A stretch of 63,150 nt of DNA, counting the filler, from Octopus bimaculoides (taxonomy: Eukaryota): NCBI RefSeq assembly GCF_001194135.2. It is 4 parts of 4 records of this genome, joined end to end, with 100 filler letters (N's around TTAATTAATTAA, not from the genome) between each part and the next. Parts side by side here need not be neighbours in the genome. Positions count along the whole stretch, not along the records: positions 1 to 28,164 come from NC_068990.1; 3 more parts are not named here. The stretch is one strand, 5' to 3'. The stretch's first letter is position 1, and each line of letters begins with the position of its first letter. The translations under genes and the position numbers were made by a program. Positions 1 to 11,152 of this stretch are shown piece after piece. Under the pieces are notes generated by a model. That model saw nothing but the letters and a program-made list of their open reading frames with translations, did no database searches and had not been told where the DNA came from.

Positions 1-464
1 AGAGAGACAGATATTATGTATAATTATAGGCATAGAAATAAATATATGCATTCGTGCATCAGTCTGCTATTGTGATTCTCTTCGGGTCTGCATATATTCG
101 TTCCTAAATCCTTATATACATATACATATATTATTATATTAAAATATCTGTGTGTATGTGCATATGTATACGTATTTATGCATGTATGTTACATGAATGT
201 GAGTATATATATATGTGTGTGTGTATGTGTGTGTATACATATATATGCATGCATACATACATGCATGCATGTATGTAAACGCACACTCATACATAAGTAC
301 GTAGTACGTATAACTGGTCTGTAATCAACTGGTCTCCTTCCCCAAAATTTTAGGCCTTGTGCCGATAGTAGAAAGGGTTATTTTCAGTTGTTTCAAGTGT
401 TGGTGTTTAGCTCTGTTTAGTCACGCTTTGTCTCGGAACACAACTCATTGTGACCAGTGCACAA

Positions 465-585
465 ATGGTACTTAATTTATCGACCCCGAAAGGATGAAAG
501 GTAAAGTCCACCACGGTGGCATTCGAACTCAGAAGGTGAAAACAGACGAAATACTGCTAAGTATTTCGTCCAGCATGCTAAGGAT
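465..585 (-). mobile_element. tRNA-derived SINE family A, partial diverged copy
   Basis: GGTACTTAATTTATCGACCCCGAAAGGATGAAAGGTAAAGTC...TTCGAACTCAGAA matches the family A copies at 1898, 21851, 44621 and the reverse complement of 50319. Confidence 0.75.
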
Positions 586-1340
586 GATGTCTTAAAAAAC
601 AATAGAAAATAGTAACAATATCTTACGTTGGCAAAAGATCATATTTGAAGAATCTGATTGTTAAATTGCCCCCAGCATTCAAATAGTCCTTTATTTTATC
701 TGTCTAAAAAGCAAATATGACCTCTGCCTTTCATTCTTTTGAGGTCTTTAAAGTGAAGTACGTATGAAGTATTTGTTGCATATGATCGTCTGCCCTCTCA
801 TAATTTGTGGAGTTGCGCCATATAAAAATAATACAATTTAATAAAAGGTGAAACAGTTCAGAGCAGTATAGCTTAAAGCCAATTAAACTGACTTAACTTG
901 TTTGACTGATGTTTATCTTAACGAGTCTGGTTATTTGAAAAGTAAAATTGAGACCATTGAGATTTATCCAACCAAACCTAATGAATAAATTTCTCGTTGA
1001 TTCCAGCCAAAAGAAACAGCAGTTAATTGAATGACATCTTTTTATTATGAAACGGGAGTTACAGTGAAGTAATCTCTGTCTCTGAATAATGCATGAAATT
1101 GTATCGTCAAAGTGTCTCGCCTTCATATTAGCCACTTCATAACCCATGTTGTCTAAGAATCCTGTAATTGACGCACACAACAGAATAAGTTTCGTAACGT
1201 TTGAACCATTACGGACAGATAAAAGAAAGATACGCCATTAATATTAAGTATTAAATCATTGATACATGTAACCAGGAATATATTATTTTTCATATACGTT
1301 TGAGCGTAGGCATGTGGGTATATGAGAATAAGATTGTAGT

Positions 1341-1588
1341 CTTTTACTTGTTTCAGTCATTTGACTGTGGCCATGCTGGAGCACCGCCTTTAGTCGAACA
1401 AATCGACCCCAGGACTTATTCCTTGTAAGGCTAGTACTTATTCTACCGGTCTCTTTTGCCAAACCACTAAGTTACGGGGACGTAAACACATCAGCATCGG
1501 TTGTCAAGCGATGGTGGTGGGTGGACAAACACAGACACACAAACATAGACACAAACACACACAAACATAGGCACAAACACACACACAT

Positions 1589-1621
<33 letters not shown>

Positions 1622-1784
1622 TAGATATAGATATATATATATACGACGGGCATTTTTCAGTTTCCGTTTACCAAATCCACTGATAAGGATTTGGTCGGCC
1701 CGCGGCTATCGCCCAAGGTGCCACTGAACCCAGAACCATATGGTTAGTAAGCACGCTACTTACTACACAGCCACTCTTGCGCTT
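1341..1784 (-). mobile_element. tRNA-derived SINE family B, near full length
   Basis: Reverse complement has A-box-like TGGCTGTGTAG, B-box-like GGTTCAGTGG, central GGATTTGGTAAACGGAAACTGAAAAATGCCCGTCG, an internal (TA)/(TG) tract and a tail ending CAGCATGGCCACAGTCAAATGACTGAAACAAGTAAAAG. Homologous to copies at 7543, 44301 and 62334. Confidence 0.9.
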
Positions 1785-1897
1785 ATATTGTCTTTATTTA
1801 TTTTTTTGTTCATTTGTGAGTTTCAGTCTGAGGTTTACAGCTTACATATACCTAAAACTATCCAAAATATGTTCGTTATCAGAGCAACCGCTTCATA

Positions 1898-2126
1898 TAT
1901 TTATTGTTCACAGGGTTCTAAACATAGAGGGGACAAACAAGGACAGACAAAGAGATTAAGTCGATTACATTGACACTAGAGCGTAACTGGTACTTATTTA
2001 GTCGACCCCGAAAGGATGAAAGTCAAAGTCGACTCCTGCGGAATTTGAACTCAGAACGTAACGGCAGACGAAATAGCGCTAAACATTTCGTCCGACGTGC
2101 TAACGGCTCTGTCAGCTCGCCGCCCT
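1898..2126 (-). mobile_element. tRNA-derived SINE family A (CORE-like central domain), full length
   Basis: Reverse complement starts AGGGCGGCGAGCTGACAG, has B box GAGTTCAAATTCC and central TTTCATCCTTTCGGGGTCGAC resembling the CORE-SINE motif. Aligns with 21851-22087 and 50319-50553. Confidence 0.9.
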
Positions 2127-3028
2127 ATTCCATATATNNNNNNNNNNNNNNNNNNNNNNNNNNNNNNNNNNNNNNNNNNNNNNNNNNNNNNNNNNNNNNN
2201 NNNNNNNNNNNNNNNNNNNNNNNNNNNNNNNNNNNNNNNNNNNNNNNNNNNNNNNNNNNNNNNNNNNNNNNNNNNNNNNNNNNNNNNNNNNNNNNNNNNN
2301 NNNNNNNNNNNNNNNNNNNNNNNNNNNNNNNNNNNNNNNNNNNNNNNNNNNNNNNNNNNNNNNNNNNNNNNNNNNNNNNNNNNNNNNNNNNNNNNNNNNN
2401 NNNNNNNNNNNNNNNNNNNNNNNNNNNTATTATGTATATACGCGTATGTATATCACATAAGTATGTTATAATCCACGGAGAATGAAAACAAGAAAATATT
2501 TTAATTGAAGAAAACGGTGAACGAACGCCATTTATTACATATAACATGCAACGTTATCCAATTCATACAACAAATTTAGTGTCCAATCACTTCCCCAGAC
2601 ACTGTAATTTAACTCACAGTCAAGTTATAAAATAAATTTGCAATGCACGGGTGAATAACCAAGCGAATAGATAAAATGTAAATGCTGATTTATCCTATGA
2701 GTCCCTAAGTATTCTGTCTATCAGACAAAATATAAGACAATCAATCAATGTTCTAAACATCTTTCTCTCGGCGGTAACCTGGTTAGTAACAGGATTTTTT
2801 GGGCGACATTTTAATGCACTCATATAAAAAGTTTGACAAAGGTAAAATAAAGAATGTAATGCGCTAGTCACCAACGTTTTTCACACACTCATTGCTCTCT
2901 CTCTCTCTCTCTCTTTCTTTAAGTACATATATACCTTTATTCATTTACACACACGTACACGTATATATACATAAACCTGCAAACATATACGTATCCATAT
3001 AGTTAAATAGATATAGACCTATGCATAT

Positions 3029-3216
3029 ATAGGGAGAATTCACAAAAAAAAAAAAGACAGGTGGTGTAGACAACAAACAGATGTATTAGTTTAACGCTCA
3101 GGAAGTCAAAAAGTCTTTAACGTTTTAAGCCTACGCTCTTCCAAAGAAAGGAACACAGAAAGAAACAAGGAGAGAAAATAAAAATGAAGTGGCTAGCGAT
3201 CTATCATGGCGAATGC
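3029..3216 (-). mobile_element. short repeat family E (Penelope-like non-autonomous element with hammerhead-like motif), copy 1
   Basis: Shares CATTCGCCATG..., CCTTT-n7-AGAGCGTAGGCT-GAAACGT-AAAGAC and AAACTAATAC...CACCTG blocks with copies at 23415 and 59355, and ends at a TA tract. Confidence 0.7.
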
Positions 3217-5092
3217 ACCTTAGATACACGCACACATGTGCATATTCATTCTTAAAAACAGGTTTACACTTGAATATTCAACCTAATATCACCACTATTC
3301 ACCATACATGCAAGTGTGTAAACATTAGCGTATACATATGTTGCTTCGCATTGTATTATGTACATCAACGCATTTGCCTGGCGGCTACGTGTAAACGTTT
3401 GACGGGGTGGATATCAACGTCTCTAAGTGGTCACGTTCGATTAACGCATCTTATCACCGTTCACCAATTGGAGCATGTAATAACCACGTTTACGCTAATG
3501 ATGAAAGTAGATGGAGAATAGAAGTATAGATATCTACAGTACTACCAGGGTATCTATACATAAAGAATATTAGAAAAAATAGCCATAACGAATCCAAGCG
3601 CATGAATAATAGCAATGTTCTAAGAAACTGCGTTTCGGCGAGTAACATGAGTAAGTATAAATGTAAGAGATCGATTTCCTATTCCCTATGAGATAAATGT
3701 CTTCTTGATGATAAGGTCTGAAAATGTTCGACGCTGACGTCCAGGACTTCTCAATCAAAATTTCGTCAGTTGCTCCCCTTTTCATATTAGCATTGACACC
3801 CATATGAGTTTCTTGTGAGTCGATGAAAAATTATTTTCGGCTCACCAGCCTAAGTACGATATTTTTCAATTTAACAATATGGTATGGTTTAGGTCTTTGC
3901 ATATCAGCGTACAATTGATGTTTTATAGTCCAACTGTGAGTTATGGAAAAAGTGGAGGTGAACATTTCACCTTACACTTCCGTTTAATCATTTCAGGAAC
4001 AACCACTACTGCATTTGTGTGCATATATATTGATTGCTTTTTTCTGGACACAAGGGTAATCCTTGTAGGCTCGCACATTTTGAACTTCCTTTGAAGCTAA
4101 TGGATAATCCAGTATAGTTACTGAACAAAATACTACAACTCGCCACACCAATTTATTGAAAGATACAATGCTAGTTTATTGTTTTACATTTCCTATTTTC
4201 TCTATATTTGTTCCTTTACGAAAGTTTTGTTCGAACTCTTGTAATTTTAGCATTCAACTAACATGGTGAGCTCCGGTATCTAGTGGCTTCATTAAAATGA
4301 ACCAATCAACGAAGAGCGTCATCACACGCAAGCTGGAGGCTTTATAAATGAGACAGTAAAGCAAGTGTCATATATTAATGCTCTAATTATTTTACTATGA
4401 AACGTAATGTTCACAATAAATTAAATAAAGATGTATTATGTTTGCATCTAATCAGAATTAAGCATTAAATCTTATTCTTCGTGTATCTCATCTCTTATGA
4501 ATATGAATTATATCGCAAACGTTTTTCCGCATGCATACATTTTTTCAGCATTCGTCCGAAAGATGACATTCAAGCTAATTAAAATATATATACTGGCAAT
4601 ATAATTAAGATAGAAGATGCATTGTTTATTTTATTAATTATACACGAATAACTACTACTTTTATTAGATTGATAAAAGTAGAAATTTTCAATTTCATGGT
4701 TTTTCAAACCTTTTAATTCATTAATCACACGAGTGCAGACGAATAGTGAGTAGTCAAAACTGCAACATTGAAAATTAATTGAATGTATGTATGTATCATT
4801 CACTCTATGCTGAATTGTGGTACAGCATGGGCAGATTTCTGAATACCAACGAACATTTATGCAGATATAACAGTTTAAAGGATAAGCCTATAATAATGGA
4901 TAATACTAAATGGACTTTCCCTTATCTCTCTTTTTCTTTTTTTTTTGTGATGTAATCTTGGGACTGAAAATGTTTGCCGCTGAATATAGCTTCAAACCAT
5001 CCTTTATATATTGATGTAATGACAGTTTGTGTATAAAGCTTGAAACACGTGTACCGCGATATCCTTTGTGTTCTGTTTTCAATTTACGTTTA

Positions 5093-5097
<5 letters not shown>

Positions 5098-5127
<30 letters not shown>

Positions 5128-5157
5128 TGCATGTATGCATGCATATATGTATGTATG
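5098..5157. repeat. (TATG)n microsatellite
   Basis: Direct reading; slightly interrupted by TGCA units. Confidence 0.95.
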
Positions 5158-5272
5158 TCATTATTCAGTTTATTTCAAGATTTCTTGCCAATAGACAAAG
5201 AACCGGTTTCCTAACCTAGATCTAAGGTTCCTCCATTGAATTTCAACATCAACGACAGGGTATTTTTGTTTC

Positions 5273-5276
<4 letters not shown>

Positions 5277-5306
<30 letters not shown>

Positions 5307-5324
5307 TGTATGTATGTATGTATG
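5277..5324. repeat. (TATG)n microsatellite
   Basis: 12 perfect TATG units. Confidence 0.95.
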
Positions 5325-5870
5325 TGAAGATTTGTATGCTTTATGAATGAATTCTCATGCATAGAGTTGCATATCTAGACAGGCTCATATATATTTAAAT
5401 GATAAACTTCTGGAAAGTTTTAGAGATTTTTACAGTTGTGGATTGGATTTGTAGCCTTCGAATTAGCTTTCTCCTTTCTGGTTTTGAGAATCCTAATTTC
5501 TCAACATCGGTATTTAGGCAGTGTGTTACATATCCCAGTACACCCCCCCCCCCAAATTACATGTATAAACCTGAACTTATGATCTGGATAGTGTAACTGC
5601 AGATTTCTCAATAGTTCAACATAGGTGTTCTCTTTGGCACTGATCTTCAGCTTTATGTTCACAGCCTCTGGGCAGCTGATTTCCACTGCTGTGTACCATT
5701 TCTCTTCTCTATCCTAAATCATTATATCAGGTCTGTTGTGCTTATATTTTATTGAGGTCTTCATTGGTACATTCCACCAGTATTCCTTTTCATTATAAGT
5801 GGCTATGGCTTTTAGAATATTGTGGGTTTTTATTTCTTTATCCTCGGGATTATCTTTCCAACGGATTTCA
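5325..5870 (-). mobile_element. 3' fragment of an RLE-type (R4/Dong-like) non-LTR retrotransposon, frameshifted
   Basis: Minus-strand peptides ...EYWWNVPMKTSIKYKHNRPDIMI, EISCPEAVNIKLKISAKENTYVELLRNLQLHYPDHKFRFIHVI and GVLGYVTHCLNTDVEKLGFSKPERRKLIRRLQIQSTTVKISKTFQKFII* (stop 5395-5397). This is the PD-(D/E)xK restriction-like endonuclease region plus C-terminus, followed by a short 3' UTR. Confidence 0.8.
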
Positions 5871-5873
5871 TTA

Positions 5874-6110
5874 TACAGGGTGTCCACAAAGTCTGGGTAC
5901 AGAGAATAAATAAAATCATGACATAATAGAATCCCCTCGTTCACTAGACCTTTCTCCCCTTGACTTTTTTTTCTGGGGTATGTTGAAAGAGAAAGTTTAC
6001 TTAATAAAGATTACAGATGTAAACCACATGAGAGAACGCATTACCAGTCAGTGTGCTGGCAAAAAAAGTAACACTGGATATTAGCAAGCTCTTGGAATCT
6101 TATAAAGGGG
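5874..6110 (+). mobile_element. internally deleted Tc1/mariner-superfamily fragment
   Basis: TIR-like start TACAGGGTGTCCACAAAGTCTGG, followed after ~60 bp by transposase C-terminal peptide PRSLDLSPLDFF(F)WG.LKEKVY (SPDLxPLDFFLWG motif). Confidence 0.7.
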
Positions 6111-7542
6111 AGGAGACAGATAATTTACGCTTATTGATGAAAATGTGAAATAAAGTTACAAGAGGCAAACGGAGAGGATTTTAAGCTAAGGGCGAGTGCT
6201 GAAAGAAAAAGAGCATCAGACGTGAATGGCGTAAGTACACTGAATATACAAGAGGTTATTTGTTGGAAGACATCGTAGCAGTTTGGAACTAATATGGTTG
6301 TATCTCAATGACTATTGAAGGTGAAGCTCAGAGATGTTTGGAAAGTTGCAAGGACTTCACAGAGACCACCAGTTACTCATGTCTAACTTTCAATAAACTG
6401 TAGGTGTCCGTTAAGTGAGTGTACTGCGTGGGAGACAATCATAACAAGAAGTCTTTTTTGACTCTATTTACTGTTTGCAACTGTAATAGGTTGTCCTACT
6501 TTAGAGTATACACGGACGTTTGTCGACATCTTCAAAGACTTATAACAAGATCCATCCTCGTGGCTCAAACAAAGTTTTGGGACACAGAATTGATTGACAT
6601 CATGGGATATTTTTCCCAAAGATATATTTTTCCATATTTTTTCTTTCTGATTCGTTTAAAATTCAGACTTCATTATTCAAGAAACTCTGAGTAATCCAGC
6701 GTGCAGGATAAAATGGAATGTAATTTGAAGACTTGAATTTTGTGATGACACTTTACTGCTACAACATTAAGATAGAAACTGAAAAAAAATATCTTTTACC
6801 AGATATTCAAATTTAGGGAACGACTGATTTTTATCATTGCAAGAAAGCCAGATTTGCGTATATTCTGCAGTTTACTACCATCCATATGTATTAAGATTGG
6901 AAATGTGAATCTGAAGAGTGTCGTTAAAATCTCAATATCTCGGAATAAACATTCCTTGTGAGATTGCAGCAGTTTCTTATGATGAGATTTGGTATGGCTA
7001 CAACACTTCTCAATTGACAGCGTTCTGTTTATTTCGGAAGACTTATCAACATGAAAATGCGATGATCTCTCTATGTGTCAATTGTAGAACGAGCAGCTAT
7101 ATGCACCAGTAAAACATAATCCTTTGACAAGTGAAATAACTCTGCAGAGATTGGTTGGAAAATTTTCAGCATATTATAAAAAAGAAAGAGGAGATTAACT
7201 GTTGAATGTGTTCAATGCTTCACGGAAAAGAATATACATGAAGCTATGTGATGACAAGCAAACAGGGAAAAAAGAAACGGGTGAGAAATCATGTCATACC
7301 AAGAGAAGAAATATTTTATACAGGATTTAGAGGAGATGAGATAAAAAAAAAATGTAAAGGATGAACAGATATAGAGAATTATCACCAGGCGTTCTGAATG
7401 TGATGAGTGGATTTGACTGTAAAATACACTCACACACTTATATCTATCTATATATCTATCTACACACACAAACAAACACACACATACACACACACACACG
7501 CACACACACACGCACACACGCACACATACACACACATATATT

Positions 7543-8000
7543 AGGCGCAGGCGCGGCCGTGTGGTAAGAAACGTATCGCTCCGAGTTCAGTCTCACTGTG
7601 TGGCAAGTGTCCTATACTATGGCTTCAGGCTGACCGAAGCCTTTTGTATGGATTTAGTAGACGGAAACGGAAAGAACCCCGTGGTATATATATGTATATA
7701 TTAGTTGAATAAAGTCAAAATATAATCTGGTTTGCATGACGTTTTTATAGTATTTTAACAGATTTAGCGCTTTCATACAGTGTACTCATCAGATTTCAAA
7801 TGTGTTTAACTGATAGTTTAACAGCCAGCTGAATTTTTAGAATATACGTGTGTGTGTGTGTGTTTGTGTGTGTGTGTCTTTGTGTCCGTGTCTGTCCCTA
7901 TATCAACCGGTGTTGGTGTAATTATGTGTCCGTAACTTAGCGGTTCGGCAAAAATGTAACGATAGAATAAATACAAGACTTAACAAAAATAAGTCCTGGA
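7543..8000 (+). mobile_element. SINE family B copy split by a ~145 bp insertion (7701-7845)
   Basis: Head AGGCGCAGGCGCGGCCGTGTGGTAAG...TAGACGGAAACGGAAAGAACCCCGT at 7543-7700; tail CCGTAACTTAGCGGTTCGGCAAAA...AATAAGTCCTGG at 7850-8000. Confidence 0.8.
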
Positions 8001-8144
8001 GGACAGTCCCATGAAGGGAATAATACTACTGCTATTTAGCCCTAGGAAGCAGCACCGCTTCCTGTCGGCCTTCACACATTTCTCGTGTCCTTACGTTTAC
8101 AAAGGGGAGACAAGCTCCCCCACCCAGCTAAGGCTGCATCCAGA

Positions 8145-8199
<55 letters not shown>

Positions 8200-8439
8200 C
8201 GAATATTTAGATTATAATATATATAAATATTTAGATTATTAACGTGGCTATTCGCAATTTACAGCCTAAAGGTACAAGTATAGTCAACCCTGGGGCTAAC
8301 TGAGGGTGCTGGTGCTGACCAGCACCCTCGGTTACTTTATTGACGACTATATATTTATATATAGATTTAAAAATTATAACATTTCCATATTTGGAAATCA
8401 GTGAATATGTTTCACTGAATATATATAAGTAAAACCTTC

Positions 8440-8700
8440 GAACAGACGGTCAACAGCGAGCCCTGCTGGACTCGGTTGACCTACATTGATAAGGGGCAAC
8501 TACAACGAAACCGGTCTGTGGATGCCAAGCGAGCAAGGGAAAGTTGATGACCTCCCCTGTTCGAAGGTGTTATGGACGCAGATTTGTGCGTCCTATAGTT
8601 AGCTAGAGGCGATCGCTTCCCTGAGCTACTCAACAGCAGCATCCTGTTTCTCTGGATTACCACGTTATTTTGGCAATGAACATTAATACCCAGCCCAGTA
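8440..8700 (+). mobile_element. GC-rich structured fragment with degenerate minimal hammerhead, probably Penelope-like terminal repeat
   Basis: Hairpin GGTCAAC..GTTGACC, hammerhead-like CCTACA-TTGATAA-GGGG..-GAAAC-CG-GTC-TGTGG at 8480-8521, and hairpin GGACGCA..TGCGTCC. Element boundaries are approximate. Confidence 0.45.
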
Positions 8701-10289
8701 CTGCTTCTGTATCTCTCTTTTAGAGAGATCTAGAAATTATAACATCTATATATATATNNNNNNNNNNNNNNNNNNNNNNNNNNNNNNNNNNNNNNNNNNN
8801 NNNNNNNNNNNNNNNNNNNNNNNNNNNNNNNNNNNNNNNNNNNNNNNNNNNNNNNNNNNNNNNNNNNNNNNNNNNNNNNNNNNNNNNNNNNNNNNNNNNN
8901 NNNNNNNNNNNNNNNNNNNNNNNNNNNNNNNNNNNNNNNNNNNNNNNNNNNNNNNNNNNNNNNNNNNNNNNNNNNNNNNNNNNNNNNNNNNNNNNNNNNN
9001 NNNNNNNNNNNNNNNNNNNNNNNNNNNNNNNNNNNNNNNNNNNNNNNNNNNNNNNNNNNNNNNNNNNNNNNNNNNNNNNNNNNNNNNNNNNNNNNNNNNN
9101 NNNNNNNNTATATATATATATATATATGTATGTATATATATGCACATACACACTCACGCTGCACACGCATGCATATACACACAGATTCCTATAGAGGAGC
9201 CCAAACACTCCTTTTTATGCGTATATGTATATAACATTTTTCATATATTCGTGCGTATGTGTGTGTGTGTATGCATGTGTTTGTATGTATTCATGCATGT
9301 ATCCGTACGTGTTAATATGAAAGCAAACAAAAATTTGTAAATCTATTCAGAATGTATTGAAATGTTGAATATCAACTTGTTATATTTTTCGTTTGAAAGA
9401 TATGACTTGCTTTAAAAGCCACAACTATATTTCCGTTGCATTATTTTACTGCAGAAGTAAATTAACATGCTATTTGATATTTACCGCTTCGATGATTTTC
9501 AATAAAAATAATCTTACCAAGAACAATTGAAAATAAATTATATGAAAGACGGTCGCTGTCACTTCCTTTCCTTCTGTCTTCTGTAAACATTATTACTGAG
9601 CTTAAACAAAGCTTTAATCCTTCGCTGCTGACTAATTTGTTTGCTGTCATTAAAACATGGCTGGTTACTTGTTTAATACCGTACCGTACTTGTTAGTGAT
9701 TTGTATTACAGCGTCATCACTAAGCATTCAGACTAATCGCTTCGGCCATGCAATTAATCAATACGCCGTCTGAAAACTAAAACGCATGTTCTGTCGCATA
9801 AAGACATTGCAATTTTCTGTATGAGGACATATATGAAAGCATCCTTTGTTGGAATCTACTGTCTGATACCCTTTCTCATTAAAATTTGATTGACAGCTTT
9901 AAAGGAATCTAAACGCTGATGTTTAATAAAGTAGAATAAAATCCTGAAGCTTTCATTAATGCTGTCTTTCGTGCAGTTGCTGCTGTTTATCCTGTTGATA
10001 GCCTGTAAATCAAATCTCTATAAAAAAAACGAAATTAGATGAAGTATTTCGAAGCAAGTATTTGCCAAATCGAAATGCCCGTTGTTCTTGTGCATTTGTT
10101 TCGAAATGGGATTTTCTGCAAATCTATGGCAATGTTTCAATAAAGGAGGACACACAGCGAGATATCTCATATTTGTCTGCTTATTAATTGAGTCAGGAGA
10201 AAGTGTACATTCGAAATGAGTTAACTTAATCCACACCTCACATCATACTTATTTTTTAAATCTCATACACACAAACAAACGCACAAAAT

Positions 10290-10342
<53 letters not shown>

Positions 10343-10730
10343 TATATAAGTATATATAAACCCATAGCCGTTATTCATAGGTGAATATGATCTTATAGTT
10401 AAAATTTTCTTAGAATTAATTACGAACCTGTATGGTCTGGCTAAGTCAAAATTTTTTTGTATTCTTTCTTTCTAATTGGAGAGTTTAAATGTAGTTATAA
10501 CAATATGTCCTGCTGAAAAGTAATTTCAGTAAATTTCTATATCTTTGTGCAGCTGAGGATTGCTCTGCATTTTACATTTAATGTAATGTTCACATTGCTT
10601 AAATAAATGGAGTCGCATGAAACGATCGTACTGCATTAACTTTGGATATCCTTGTTGCTTATTTTGATTTTAGTCACATTATTTTGGAATTGTATGGATA
10701 ATACCATACTTAATTCTGGTGCCTAAACTT

Positions 10731-10771
<41 letters not shown>

Positions 10772-11152
10772 ACGTCACTTCACTGAGGCTAATTTTTATC
10801 GACTACAAACACTCAAGGAGGTGCCCCAACGTTAGCTCCTCTTTTAAACATCATGTCATCACATTTTCATATTCTATTATTAGGCTTTTACATATAGCTT
10901 ACTACCATTGTACTTTTCCATTAATCTTTCAAGCCACTTTACAATCTGTATTTTCGACAAAGGGTTGGTACTGACGCTGTTATAGTTGTGTGGTGATGCT
11001 TGTTTTGTATTCCACTATTAATAAAACTCCTTTAGCTAGCAGCCGTTATGACTTTTTCTTCTTGACATTTGATAGCCGTTACCTTTAGCTTATTTCAGAA
11101 GTAAATTGCTTGTAATTTTGTTTACAGCTGTTAATTCAGGGTCAATTTTAAC

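Noticed and set aside
3824-3852. GGCT-GGTG-AGCC-GAAA stem II-like motif on the minus strand
   Set aside because: No CUGANGA core upstream; likely chance. The same applies to CTGATGA hits near 12710, 46200, 56005, 62770 and 63008.
10510-10530. AAAAGTAATTTC as the missing 5' TIR of the 11-kb mariner
   Set aside because: Short AT-rich match ~630 bp upstream of the ATG; too far and too weak.
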